64,000 bases of DNA, from the NCBI GenBank assembly GCA_950097015.1, contig CATNEN010000039.1, forward strand, positions 7,378,001 to 7,442,000. The letters run 5' to 3'. The notes under the pieces were generated by a model. It did no database searches. It was not told where the DNA came from and saw only the letters and a list, made by a program, of their open reading frames with translations. The translations under genes were made by a program, and so were the position numbers. The first letter of the stretch is position 1. Each line of letters begins with the position of its first letter. The stretch is from Macrostomum hystrix. Its lineage: Eukaryota > Animalia > Platyhelminthes. Shown here one piece after another: positions 49,163 through 62,958 of the stretch.

Positions 49163-52100
49163 TTATGAGCAGTTGCTATATTTTCCATAATGAGCAGTTG
49201 TCATAGTTTCCATAATGAGCAGTTGTCATATTTTCCATAATGAGCAGTTGTCATAGTTTCCATAATGAGTAGTTGTCATAGTTTCCATAATGAGCAGTTG
49301 TCATAGGTTCATTAATGAGCAGTTGTCATAGTTTCCATAATGAGCAGTTGTCATAGTTTCCATAATGAGCAGTTGTCATAGTTTCCATAATGAGCAGTTG
49401 TCATATTTTCCATAATGAGCAGTTGTCATAGTTTCCTTAATGAGCAGTTGTCATAGTTTCCTTAATGAGCAGTTGTCATAGTTTCCATAATGAGCAGTTG
49501 TCATATTTTCCATAATGAGCAGTTGTCATAGTTTCCTTAATGAGCAGTTGTCATAGTTTCCTTAATGAGCAGTTGTCATATTTTCCATAATGAGCAGTTG
49601 TCATAGTTTCATAATGAGCAGTTGTCATATTTTCCATAATGAGCAGTTGTCATATTGTCCATAATGAGCAGTTGTCATATTTTCCATAATGAGCAGTTGT
49701 CATAGTTTCCTTAATGAGCAGTTGTCATATTTTCCATAATGAGCAGTTGTCATAGTTTCCATAATGAGCAGTTGTCATAGGTTCATTAATGAGCAGTTGT
49801 CATAGTTTCCTTAATGAGCAGTTGTCATAGTTTCCTTAATGAGCAGTTGTCATATTTTCCATAATGAGCAGTTGTCATATTTTCCTTAATGAGCAGTTGC
49901 TATATTTTCCAAAATGAGCAGTTGCTATAATTTCCATAATGAGCAGTTGTCATAGTTTCCATAATGAGTAGTTGTCATAGTTTCCATAATGAGCAGTTGT
50001 CATATTTTCCATAATGAGCAGTTGTCATATTTTCCATAATGAGCAGTTGTCATATTTTCCATAATGAGCAGTTGTCGTATTTTCCATAATGAGCAGTTGT
50101 CATAGTTTCCATAATGAGCAGTTGTCATAGTTTCCATAATGAGCAGTTGTCATAGTTTCCATAATGAGCAGTTGTCATATTTTCCATAATGAGCAGTTGT
50201 CATAGTTTCCATAATGAGCAGTTGTCATATTTTCCATAATGAGCAGTTGTCATAGTTTCCTTAATGAGCAGTTGTCATAGTTTCCTTAATGAGCAGTTGT
50301 CATAGTTTCCATAATGAGCAGTTGTCATAGTTTCCATAATGAGTAGTTGTCATAGTTTCCATAATGAGCAGTTGTCATAGTTTCCTTAATGAGCAGTTGT
50401 CATAGGTTCATTAATGAGCAGTTGTCATAGTTTCCATAATGAGCAGTTGTCATAGTTTCCATAATGAGCAGTTGTCATAGTTTCCATAATGAGCAGTTGT
50501 CATATTTTCCATAATGAGCAGTTGTCATAGTTTCCATAATGAGCAGTTGTCATATTTTCCATAATGAGCAGTTGTCATAGTTTCCTTAATGAGCAGTTGT
50601 CATAGTTTCCTTAATGAGCAGTTGTCATAGTTTCCATAATGAGCAGTTGTCATAGTTTCCATAATGAGCAGTTGCTATATTTTCCATAATGAGCAGTTGT
50701 CATAGTTTCCTTAATGAGCAGTTGTCATAGGTTCATTAATGAGCAGTTGTCATAGTTTCCATAATGAGCAGTTGTCATAGTTTCCATAATGAGCAGTTGT
50801 CATAGTTTCCATAATGAGCAGTTGTCATATTTTCCATAATGAGCAGTTGTTATAGTTTCCATAATGAGCAGTTGTCATATTTTCCATAATGAGCAGTTGT
50901 CATAGTTTCCTTAATGAGCAGTTGTCATAGTTTCCATAATGAGCAGTTGTCATAGTTTCCATAATGAGCAGTTGTCATAGTTTCCATAATGAGCAGTTGC
51001 TATATTTTCCATAATGAGCAGTTGTCATAGTTTCCATAATGAGCAGTTGTCATATTTTCCATAATGAGCAGTTGTCATAGTTTCCATAATGAGTAGTTGT
51101 CATAGTTTCCATAATGAGCAGTTGTCATAGGTTCATTAATGAGCAGTTGTCATAGTTTCCATAATGAGCAGTTGTCATAGTTTCCATAATGAGCAGTTGT
51201 CATAGTTTCCATAATGAGCAGTTGTCATAGTTTCCTTAATGAGCAGTTGTCATAGTTTCCATAATGAGCAGTTGTCATAGTTTCCATAATGAGCAGTTGC
51301 TATATTTTCCATAATGAGCAGTTGTCATAGTTTCCTTAATGAGCAGTTGTCATAGGTTCATTAATGAGCAGTTGTCATATTTTCCATAATGAGCAGTTGT
51401 CATAGTTTCATAATGAGCAGTTGTCATATTTTCCATAATGAGCAGTTGTCATATTGTCCATAATGAGCAGTTGTCATATTTTCCATAATGAGCAGTTGTC
51501 ATAGTTTCCTTAATGAGCAGTTGTCATATTTTCCATAATGAGCAGTTGTCATAGTTTCCATAATGAGCAGTTGTCATAGGTTCATTAATGAGCAGTTGTC
51601 ATAGTTTCCTTAATGAGCAGTTGTCATAGTTTCCTTAATGAGCAGTTGTCATATTTTCCATAATGAGCAGTTGTCATATTTTCCTTAATGAGCAGTTGCT
51701 ATATTTTCCATAATGAGCAGTTGCTATATTTTCCAAAATGAGCAGTTGCTATAATTTCCATAATGAGCAGTTGTCATAGTTTCCATAATGAGTAGTTGTC
51801 ATAGTTTCCATAATGAGCAGTTGTCATATTTTCCATAATGAGCAGTTGTCATATTTTCCATAATGAGCAGTTGTCATATTTTCCATAATGAGCAGTTGTC
51901 GTATTTTCCATAATGAGCAGTTGTCATAGTTTCCATAATGAGCAGTTGTCATAGTTTCCATAATGAGCAGTTGTCATAGTTTCCATAATGAGCAGTTGTC
52001 ATATTTTCCATAATGAGCAGTTGTCATAGTTTCCATAATGAGCAGTTGTCATATTTTCCATAATGAGCAGTTGTCATAGTTTCCTTAATGAGCAGTTGTC

Positions 52101-52900
52101 ATAGTTTCCTTAATGAGCAGTTGTCATAGTTTCCATAATGAGCAGTTGTCATAGTTTCCATAATGAGTAGTTGTCATAGTTTCCATAATGAGCAGTTGTC
52201 ATAGTTTCCTTAATGAGCAGTTGTCATAGGTTCATTAATGAGCAGTTGTCATAGTTTCCATAATGAGCAGTTGTCATAGTTTCCATAATGAGCAGTTGTC
52301 ATAGTTTCCATAATGAGCAGTTGTCATATTTTCCATAATGAGCAGTTGTCATAGTTTCCATAATGAGCAGTTGTCATATTTTCCATAATGAGCAGTTGTC
52401 ATAGTTTCCTTAATGAGCAGTTGTCATAGTTTCCTTAATGAGCAGTTGTCATAGTTTCCTTAATGAGCAGATGTCATATTTTCCATAATGAGCAGTTGTC
52501 ATAGTTTCCTTAATGAGCAGTTGTCATATTTTCATTAATGAGCAGTTGTCATAGTTTCCTTAATGAGCAGTTGTCATAGTTTCCTTAATGAGCAGTTGTC
52601 ATAGTTTCCATAATGAGCAGTTGTCATAGGTTCATTAATGAGCAGTTGTCATAGTTTCCTTAATGAGCAGTTTTTATAGTTTCCATAATGAGCAGTTGTC
52701 ATACTTTCCATAATGAGAGTTGTCATATTTTCCATAATGAGCAGTTGTCATAGTTTCCATAATGAGCAATTGTCATAGTTTCCATAATGAGCAGTTGTCA
52801 TAGTTTCCATAATGAGCAGTTGTCATAGTTTCCATAATGAGCAGTTGTCATAGTTTCCATAATGAGCAATTGCCATATTTTCTTTAGTGAGTAGTTTTCA
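49163..52900. repeat. 25-bp minisatellite (ataatgagcagttgtcatagtttcc)n, about 148 copies
   Basis: Directly visible; intergenic between the convergent mucin B and AUTS2-like 3' ends. Confidence 0.97.
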
Positions 52901-53564
52901 TGAGCATTTGTCGTGCGCAATGTTTATAAAAAGTTATTAAATTCCAATTAAAATTTGTAAAAGCAAAACCAAAGGCGTAAAACAAATTTGAAACGCATAT
53001 ATTAATTCAGAACACTTTTAAATACAGTGTAATTTTGATTAGTTTAAGTAGCAACACGCTGAGCAGAAAGAGTGCTGTGGGGATGAGCTTGTCGCATGGT
53101 GGCAGTTTTATATGTGTATATGTATGTGTATATGCAATTTTATATGCCACGAGTAGGATAAAATCCAAAATGTTCTTTCATATTATAAAAGACAATATAT
53201 GATGAGTATTTTAATGAGTCTAGCCTGCAGTTTCAGTTTAACAAATAGAGAGAACAATTCAAATGAAACACTAGCGAGAAATCGCAGAGCAGAGCACAGC
53301 TCACTGATTGAATGAAACAGAAAAGTTTGTTAAGGACAGATTTTACAGTGAAAAACCAAAACACTTACAGAACCAATTGGGTATTAGAAAGCAATCAGGT
53401 ATTGATTAGCTATTGAAAAAATTGTGTAAACAACTTTACAAGCACTCAGCGTAATGAAACAGGGCAAAACATTAATTAGCACGCCATGGACAAATCCTAT
53501 TAGGCAGCTCTTCAGAACAAAGACGCTAGCAAAGACATTAGGAATTCAAATGCCTTATAATTCT

Positions 53565-54420
53565 TGGGTGTGAGGGAGGTGTGACTCTGGGGTGGGTGTC
53601 GGGGAGTGAACCTGTGGGGTGGATGTCAGGGAGGTGTGACTCTGGGATGGATGTCAGGGAGGTGTGACTCTGGGGTGGATGTCAGGGAGGTGTGACTCTG
53701 GGGTGGATGTCAGGGAGGTGTGACTCTGGGGTGGATGTCAGGGAGGTGTGACTCTGGGGTGGATGTCAGGGAGGTGTGACTCTGGGGTGGATGTCAGGGA
53801 GGTGTGACTCTGGGGTGGATGTCAGGGAGGTGTGACTCGGGTGTGTGTCGGGGAGTGAAATTGTGGGGTGGATGTCAGGGAGGGGTGACTCGGGTGGATG
53901 TCAGGGAGGTGTGACTCTGGGGTGGATGTCAGGGAGGTGTGACTCTGGGGTGGATGTCAGGGAGGTGTGACTCGGGTGTGTGTCGGGGAGTGAAATTGTG
54001 GGGTGGATGTCAGGGAGGGGTGACTCGGGTGGATGTCAGGGAGGGGTGACTCTGGGGTGGATGTCAGGGAGGGGTGACTCTGGGGTGGATGTCAGGGAGG
54101 TGACTCTGGGGTGGATGTTAGGGAGGTGAATCTGGTGTGGGTGTCGGGGAGTAAAACTGTGGGGTGGATGTCAGAGAAGTGTGACTCTAGGGTGGGTGTC
54201 TGGGAGTGTAACTGTGGGGTGGATGTCAGGGAGGTGTGACTCTAGGGTGGGTGTCGGGGAGTGAAACTGTGGGGTGGATGTCAGAGAAGTGTGACTCTAG
54301 GGTGGGTGTCGGGGAGTGAAACTGTGGGGTGGATGTCAGAGAAGTGTGACTTTAGGGTGCGTGTCTGGGAGTGTAACTGTCGGGTGGATGTCAGGGAGGT
54401 GTGACTCTAGGGTGGGTGTC
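53565..54420. repeat. 28-bp G-rich minisatellite (ggggtggatgtcagggaggtgtgactct)n, about 30 copies
   Basis: Directly visible, with alternating variants. Confidence 0.92.
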
Positions 54421-55121
54421 CTCCTTACTAACCACCTGACGAAACAGTTTCTCTCACGTAGTTTACAACTAAACATTAAACGGCAAATCAAAAAAGCTTT
54501 TTTCATCAAGGAATAACATGCAGCATAAAAGACCAAGAATAAATTTTATTTGACAACAACAAAGGATGCAAGGCTAACTAGAATACACTGTTTATATGAA
54601 CAGACAAACACATTACACTTTTATACACTGCCTCAACAACAATAGGAGTATAGCTAAATGAAAGTAATAAGAAACAATAAGACAATTTAGTGGTACACGA
54701 GAAGCTACATCAGGCACCAGCTCAGACAAACAAACAAATGAATTAATCTGGTGTTGACACTTTGAATCAGAATTCTATCTACAGCAACAGAACTGTTGAA
54801 AATAAGAAGAACAAACACCTGTTGCTAGGCAACCAGTGCACCACTATTTACAGAAGAATTCAAACGCGTTAAACAGTACAATAAGAAGTCGGCTGATCGT
54901 GAGGATTCCGCCATGATTAGCAGATGGCGGTCGTTTTTGGAAGCAGATTTTTTCATTCGCAATTGTCAATGCAAACGCTGAGTTTTGAGCAGCAAGACAA
55001 AGGATTTATTATTAAGAAAAACAATGAAACACGAAATTCTCCGATTGAAACAATGAAAACATTCTACTTACTACTGCTAGTAGCAGAACTAGTAGAGAAC
55101 AGCCTACATGGTGTAAAAGGC

Positions 55122-58100
55122 TTACTTAGGAAAGCCCAGCTGATGATGATGATGAAACAGGAACGGAGAGCTGGGCGGACGCATCGGCGGCGGCTGGGGC
55201 GGTGGCCGATGCTGGGAATGGCCCATTATAGAACGCTGCATCCCAGCGAAGGCTGCCGCGGCGGCAGCGGCCGCCTGCTGATGCTGCTGCTGAGCATACA
55301 GAAACTGCTGCTGCTGCTGCTGCTGATGGCTGGAAATAAAGCTGCCAGCGCTAGACGAGGACGGTAAGAGGCCGGCCGCTGCAGCCGCTAGCATAGCTGG
55401 CGACGCGGCCGACGGAGGCGGCGGAGGATGGGGATGCTGATGATGAGCTGCCGAAGAGGCCAATCTTTGACGCTTTGTTGCAGTTCCACCTGCTGTAGAC
55501 CGCTGCTGCTGCTGCTGCTGCGATGGCGGCTGCTGTTGAGGCTGATGCTGCCGCAGACCACCAAAGGGCGCCGATGACATGCTTGAGGCTGGCTGCAGCG
55601 GCGGCGGAGGCGGCATGGACGTCACTGGTAGCGACTGCTGCTGCATCGATGGCCAGCCAAATGCGGCGGCAGCTGCGGCCGTTGAAGCGGACGATAAAGG
55701 CGGCGCTGGCAGCCCCCAGGAGACGAACGGATTAGGAGGGCCAACGCCGCTGAAAGCTGCCGCCATTGCTGATACGTTTGGCTGCTGCTGCTGCTGCTGA
55801 TGTTGCGAATCAGCAAAGACCGGCAATTGCGGTGGCAATGGAGTACTGCTTCCACTACTATTAACTGACTGTCTACGCTTGTGTTGTTGTTGGTGAAGCT
55901 GTTGCTGCTGCTGCTGTTTTTGCTGCTTTTTCTGCATTTGCTGCTGTGACTGCTGTTGCTGATGCCGCTGCTGCTGGTGACGTTGCATGTTGACAATGAG
56001 GTGAGCAATGCGCACGTGCAGCGCGTTGGACCGGCCAGAGCGTGACGGTGGCTGCTGCTGCTGCTGCTGTCTGACCGGCGGGTGAGAGTGTGCCGTAGGA
56101 GCTGTTGGAGGCGGTGGCAGCGGCGGAGGCTGCTGTGCCGGATGATGCTTGGAGAGAGCCGGCGGTCCGGGTGGATGAGGCGGCGCAGGCAAGCGTCGGC
56201 CAGCCGAAGCCATGGATTGCAGCATTGATGTAGCGGACAATGACGAATGCATCGGCGGCATCAGCTGCTGAGGTGCGGATGGCCGTGCTGGCTGCATGAG
56301 TGGCGGCGGCACGGGCTGGAGAAAGCCATAGACAGCGGAAGACATTGGTGGAGGAGGTTGCGAGGGCTTCAAGAATGAGGCGATGAACGGATTGCTGTCC
56401 GGATCGTTAAACAGTCGATGATCGCGCTCGCCTTGCCGACTGATTGAGGCCAGCGGTGGCGGCTGCGGCGGAGCTAAAGGCGCCGGCTTTGGAGTTGATG
56501 AGCAGCTTGCCGGCCGTGGCGGCAGCTGTGCCGGCGGATGCCCGACGACCCCATTCATTGCTGGCAAAAGCGGGGGCGGCGGCATCAATAATGGCGGCGG
56601 AGGCGGAGAATGCTGCTGAAGGTGATGCTGCGATAGCAGGGGCGGCATGTGCGGCCGTGCTGGCAGCCTATCCGAAGGGCTGAGTCCCGGACTGGGCAGC
56701 TGACGACTGGCTCCGGAGCAAAGAGCGCGTGGCGAAGGCAGACGCACCGATGGATCGCCGACGGACACTCTCAGCGGACCATGCGGTGATATCTGCGGAG
56801 GCTGCTGGTGCAGCTGCTGACGATGCGGCTGCGACGACGGCGGCGGCAGCGTTGGCGGCTGACTGGCGGCTGTGGCGGCCTGGTGCATCAGCTGCAGGTG
56901 GGTCTTGGGCTTGTAGGCCGATTTGTTAGGCGACACCGGCAGATGAAAGTGCGCGCTGGCTGCGGAATTCGCCGACTGTGAAGGTTGAATTTCTGCTGAG
57001 TTCTGCGCCGCCTCAACAGCGCCACCTTCAGCTGCCTCCTCGACTACGCCGGACACCGCCTGCACAGTGTCGCCGCTAGCATTGTTAGCAGCTGAGCCCG
57101 ACCCAGCATCGCCATTCGCATTGTTATCCACACCGTCAACATCTTCGACAGCGCTGTCCAACTGCACATCTCGAGCACCGGCATCATTATTACCAACATC
57201 GTCTGCAGCGCCATCACCGGAGGCTAAGGCTGCAACAGCGCTGCTCGCAGCGGCTGTCGCGCCAGCCGAAGCTCGCTTTCGCGCAGACGCGGCCTGCTTT
57301 TTCTGACGTCGCTGCTTGTTGACAACCGCGCCGACGCCGAATTCGCTGCCGCTGTCGACTGGTGCGTCTGGTCCGCCTTCAGACTTGCGCTGAGTGTCCT
57401 CGTAGGCCTAAAATGTGGACAGACAGACGGACAATGGGTTGCAGTCATCCGATTGCAAAATTATCGCACAGAGAGCAGAAAGACTCAATCTTGATTTTAT
57501 TCTCCTATTCTATTGTCTATAGCTAAGCCTAATTTCAAAGGACAATGAAGCAGGAGCTAGATCGTCTGATTAAATTAAATAACAGTCAAAGGACAAGCAG
57601 ACTGTTGCAATGCATAAGTAGACAAATTCATTCCTTTAAAGCAGACCAATAAATCGAAACGACGAAAATCGTTGCTAATAATTGATTAACGATCGACAGC
57701 TGTCGTCAAATTTTTACCATGAAGACCAAACCCAATAGGCGCATTGAGAATGTACGATAAGAAGTCAGAGCAGATGTACACTTCTGTGTCTGTTAATAGT
57801 TCCTCGTGCTTGTGTGCTAAGTAGTCAGCCAACTGGGCATCTGTCTATGCTGCGGTGATGGAGAGGTGAGTGGCAGACCGGTCTAACGCATTTGCCTCTC
57901 GCACCAAGGTCCCTGAGTTCGATTCCGCGGTGAGGCCACATTCATTTGGGGCGCAGCCGCCTAGAGAAGGCTTGGGGGCTTGTCGTGCAATTTACGCCCT
58001 TGAGGGCCAACCACCAAAGCACGGTGAGATTGTACACTGTCACTGTCTGACGATGAGAAAGCTAGGGCAGATGTACACACACCTGTGTGAGTGTGTGCCT

Positions 58101-61100
58101 GAGGACAGTATCTGTGAGTGTGCTCAGGAGTCAGCGAAATGGGCAGAATTGCCTCCTCGATGGCTGCGATGATGTGTCATTTGTCCGCAGCCCTCCCGTA
58201 ATTCATATTTTTTTATTTACCGTCTCTAAATGATGCTGCAGACCGCCAATCTATCTATATAGCAGCTATTGCGCGGGGCATCTGAAGGCTGGCGTACGGC
58301 TGTTCAGTCCATGGACTGGAGGACGCAATACCCATTCTGATTTATCCCAGCTGCTGCTGGTACCTACTTTACAGTTGATTGAACTGAAGTAACACAGAGT
58401 TTGGTCTCTTGCTAAAGGACACAAAGTACGAGTATTCCAATAAAGACAGGAAAGAACCCGCGACCTTCTAGCCGTGAGTCCAATGCTCTAATCACAGCGC
58501 TACAAACCCTACCCTTAACTGATACTGATATATGTCCACTAAAAATTCTTATTCGTTTCTTTCCCATCAATCCTCACGAAAAAAATGGCGAAGTTGCAGC
58601 GCAGGCGCGTACATAATTGGAGGCAATCTTGCTAGATTGTAGGTGGGGAATTTTGTGAAGCTGTAAAAAACAAAATAGCCTCATCTAACACCACCTGGTG
58701 CTAATTAAGTGGAGAAACAAATGGCTGAAAGAGGCGGAAATCTGTTTTCTCTGGACCTCTGTAGAAAATTGGTCACTTATTTCGATTGCTAGAGCTAGAA
58801 AATAAATTGGCGGACTAAGAAACACTGATGGCACTGAAAATAAAAGCAATTAAATAAATTCGTTGTGAACGATTCTACATTCTATACAGCAACTAAATAC
58901 AAAAAAAAATCGGGCTTGTTGTTTGATAGTAGATAGGTTGGCAATGTGAACTAAAAGTAAACTATTTTGCAATGTTATCTTATATAACTTTGATAATCCT
59001 CTTTAGACAAGATTTAGCAAAAACAAAGAAACACATTTAAACATGTTCTAAAAAAATCATTTATCATATGCCAGCTTATATTAGTTTTAAGTAATATAGT
59101 CTAAGCAAAGCAACATATAACTTATAGCAATTAGAGTCATAGTCAACTGACTGAAGTGAAATAACACACTTTCTTATTGAGGTGGGTTTAGACAAAAAGC
59201 TTTTTTTTCACTTAAAAAGTCACTAGATTTGGGGGAATATTATAAACTTACTAGGCATTCATTATAAATTGTTCAGTAATGCACAAGCTTAAAAATAAAA
59301 TAATTAATATATAACATGACAACAGGCTGGTAACAAGTCATGTATTTCCCATTACCTGTTTTAAAACCAGTTTCCAAAGAAAAAAAATAATATTAAATTA
59401 GCAACACTGTGAATTTTATATTTTGCTGCATTACAAATGTTTTAAATTGTCTATTTTTTATTTTCAAATTACTAATCTATTGACTGACTATAGTCTGTTA
59501 CTTTTAGTCTGTCTGGACTCTGTTTCTCTGACAAAAATGTTATATTGTCATCAATCATCTATATTATCAATCTAATCTAAAATCTTCAGGTGATCTTATG
59601 GCTACTAAACCCAAGCCCAAAAGGGTCAAGATCAGTGATCGAGTGATAATGCTAATGGAGTAAAAAAAGTGAACGATATTTGTAATTACAGCATATGATA
59701 TGAGTAATGACCAATAAGCAAATCTACACTTATAGTGTGCTAAAATAAAAGAATAGCAGATTTATGGTAAAAGTATAAGAAACAGAAAGTAACAACTAAA
59801 AGTAATTACTGTTACTATTTTCAGTATTTTTGTTACTGATTTGCCAGTAATGATTGTTACCACAATTGCCATTACTTTTTGGTAAGGGGCCCAACATTTT
59901 CAATACAACATAGAACAGACATACATTACACAGAAGAGATTGTAGGCTGAATCCCAAAAATTTTAAGTGATAGGGAACAAAGCAAAAGTGTTTCCTAGAA
60001 AGTGAAAGCCACTAGAGCCAAGAAAATAGAAGTTATAAAATAGGAAGGTAAAATAACCTTTTCCTTTCCATCATAAAACCAGTGATTTTTAAATAAGTGG
60101 GAAGTGCCCCATAGGAATAAAAAAATAAAATCTGTCAAAAGGACTAGGTTTATATGAAAAAAATCCTAATGAATGAAAAATTTACACTAGTTATTTGACT
60201 TTAGGGTAGATATGTTCTTACTACTATAAAACAATATCCTAAATTATCATGACATATTACCCTTACCATGCAATGGCTAAATTAAATTTATATTTTTTTA
60301 AAACTTATTGCATGCTAGACTTTCCTGTGGTGAAGTATGTCTTGAGTTTAGACTTGCAAAGCAGTTTACCTAAAGAATGAATTCTACCATTTTTAATAAT
60401 AGTTTAAATTTTTATCAATACAATTTTATTAAGAAACATGCTAAACTATCTTGACCTACTGACATATCAATCTACAATGCTTTCTAGCCTAACATTATTG
60501 TCAAGGACTCTAGGCTGTCTGGTTCTGTTGAATGCAATCTTCTTGGGTAAAAAATAATTCCTGACCACTGTTAATAGCAGCTGTGGTCCGAGGTCATTTT
60601 GGTGACAAGACCTTTTGGTGACAGTCATTTCGGTGACACAATTGGTCAGATTGGTGACAACTATTTTTGCACCTAAATATGCTAAAAACAGCCTTGCATT
60701 TTAACTATGAACACTTATAAAGTATGAATTAAATAATGCTATAAGTATTAATAAGAACCTGTATCGCTCTGATTAAGTCTGGGTTTTGCTTTAAATGAGT
60801 TAAATTATTAAATTATTTAATGAGTAGTCAATAGATTCAATAGTTATTCGTTCCTAATTAAATGGAACAAATTCCTAGACACTTTGTCATCTTACAACTT
60901 CGTCATCTTACAACTTTGTCATCCACTTGGAAGGTAGGACACTTTGTCATCCAGCTAATTGGCATGCTTTAAAGTTTGGTCAGTTCGTCATCTACTAATA
61001 ACAAGCAATCAAGTTTGTCATCAATAAAGTGAAGGTGGGGTGGTGGGGCAGATGTGTGAACACACTTTACACTCTAAATTGGCAAAAAGAGGTGTCAAAA

Positions 61101-62958
61101 CGGATTTCATTATAAGAGTTGAAAGATAGGTGCCAACACAATGTGACTCGTGAGGAGGTGGGGAGGGGTGGTTCTGTTCTAACTTTGAAAACTTTTGTTT
61201 TATAGATGATGAAGTGTCCACAAGTCTAAGTCTCTTTGTCATCCACCCTCTGAGATATTGGACAGATCGTCATCTGGATGACGAAGTTGTAAGTTGACGA
61301 AGTGTCCAGGTACTGTGTATAGACCCTAATAATCTTTTTTCAAGTTTTGGATTGACAAGGCGAGTGCAGGCTTTAAGCAGCTGCTGGATCGTGGAAGGCT
61401 GTTTTCTCAGCATATTTAGGTGCAAAAATAGTTGTCACCGAACTGACCAATTCTGTCACCGAAATGTCTTGTCACCAAAATGACCTGGGACCATAAACAT
61501 TTGTCAAAGCCAGAATCTTGAAGGTCTTCTTGAACTTTAATCCTATAAATGACAAAGTTTTCCAGTTGACTTGAAACTTTGTGTCTTGTAGTGGGTCTCT
61601 TACCCATAATGGGATACCAAAATTAGGGGCTTTCAATGTTGTACTGCTATAACAGCTGCAGTCCCAGGCATACATGCGCAACCTCCCAAATCTTAGCCGG
61701 CCGTGCGACTTAGTTTTTGCTCTCATTTGCGACTTAGTTCGTTTCATTGCTCTATTTACGACTTAGTTTGCTCTCATTTGCTCTTTTTCTCTCCCCTTTT
61801 TCCTTTTCTTCACGCCTTCCTTTTTTGTCCCTTGGTCCCCCCTTTGATTTTTTTGCACTTGGTTGATTGGTTTTTGCGACTTACCATGCTTGGCCCTCGT
61901 TTCACCCGGCCGGTTCGGCAAAAATTTCGACAAAATTGGTCAGTTCGGTGACACCTTTGGCAAGGTTAAACCAAAATGTATCTTACCTTGTAAGCTAACA
62001 GTATCAGTGAAGTCGAAATTGAGTGTGAGGAACCATTTATGTTAACTTGCAGCCAAAACTTTATGTTCCTTTCAGATGGCAAAGGTCAAGGTGGTAGGAT
62101 AACATCACTGACAAGAAACCCTCACCAGCTTATTTTAATAGCCTATATAGCTTCATAGCCCTTAGGCCTATCCATCTATCACATGCGCTTAATTAAAAAC
62201 TTGATAAATGTCATAAATTTTGCATAGTAATATACATTGAGATTTTCTCACCTTTAAATGTTCAACTGACTTAAAGCTGATGATTGAAAAGCCATCAATA
62301 ACATCTTCTTTAAAGTCAATAAAAAAGGCAGGGAGCATCGATTTAGGAGTGGATTGGTCTTTGCTATCCGCGACTTCGGCAGCATATGGACTATCTTTCG
62401 ATGGACTTTGTCTTGCACTTGAGACTGGTGTCTTTCTGACAAGACTTTCCGAAGGTAGGCCTAATGGATCACAAGTAGATGGAGACTGTTCCGAAGTATA
62501 TTTGATGGGAACATTCGGAAGCTTTTGCACATACTCGAAACACTTTAGAGAAGAATTGTAAGGTGGAATCTGTTTATTTAGCAAATCTTCAGTTGACAAG
62601 GGTTTCACGTCTCGCAAATCTTTGTAACATTTCGAACTACTCGATTTGTGACTATCATCAACACCATTACTTGTCTGGCCAGAGGAATAAGCTCGCTTGC
62701 CTTCCATCTGTCAATCTAACAGAAAAAGAAGGCTTCAGAGCCTTCTCCTACACTAGCCAATAACCTTTTATTTGAAAGTATACATTGCATAATCACAATT
62801 GCAAATTATGCATAGCCTATCTATAGAACTTTAAAACAAAGATGGTACGTCGAGCCACCATGATTCTAAGAATCAGAATTTAGAGAACTGCATTTTTAAA
62901 GAATGTGCTGGATGCTAAAACAAATGTTTCATATTATTAATTAAAAACTTACCGTCAT
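55122..62958 (-). CDS. AUTS2: AUTS2/FBRSL1/fibrosin/Tay-bridge family nuclear protein (about 915 aa)
   Basis: Exons 62958-62953 (MT, uncertain), 62707-62252 and 57407-55122, joined in phase 0. Two family motifs recognised from memory: EDVIDGFSIISFKSVEHLK (compare AUTS2 EEDIIDGFAMTSF) and SGRSNALHVRIAHLI (compare AUTS2/Tay GKW[C/N]AMHV[H/R]IAW). Also basic NLS-like KQRRQKKQ...RKR, Pro/Gln-rich low complexity and a C-terminal HHHH. The symbol denotes the family, not proven one-to-one orthology. Confidence 0.75.
57865..58220 (+). mobile_element. tRNA-derived SINE, family B, copy 2
   Basis: ggtgagtggcagaccggtctaacgc...gagttcgattcc head; body collinear with the reverse complement of 35180-35490. 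Confidence 0.8.
58261..58510 (-). mobile_element. tRNA-derived SINE, family A, copy 2
   Basis: Reverse complement matches 4394-4635, including cagtccatggactgaacagccgtacg and gccttcagatgc. Confidence 0.8.
60584..61493. mobile_element. Non-autonomous TIR DNA transposon with about 100-bp terminal inverted repeats
   Basis: 60584-60695 (tggtccgaggtcattttggtgacaagac...gcacctaaatatgct) is the reverse complement of 61395-61493, with internal ggtgaca subrepeats. No clear TSD. Confidence 0.8.
60872..61313. mobile_element. MITE nested inside the 60584-61493 element
   Basis: TIRs cctagacactttgtcatcttacaacttcgtcatc... and ...gatgacgaagttgtaagttgacgaagtgtccagg; repeated gtcatc subterminal motifs. Confidence 0.75.
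61690..61960. mobile_element. Degenerate TE fragments (gcgacttag subrepeats, plus a piece of the 60584 TIR family at about 61935-61955)
   Basis: Repeated cgactta motif; aattggtcagttcggtgaca matches the TIR of the neighbouring element. Confidence 0.4.

Noticed and set aside
58045-58070. CTGACGA...GAAA in SINE B resembling a hammerhead ribozyme core
   Set aside because: No stem II and no stem III/NUH arrangement. In copy 1 the segment forms a simple hairpin (ctgcctgac...gtcagggcag).
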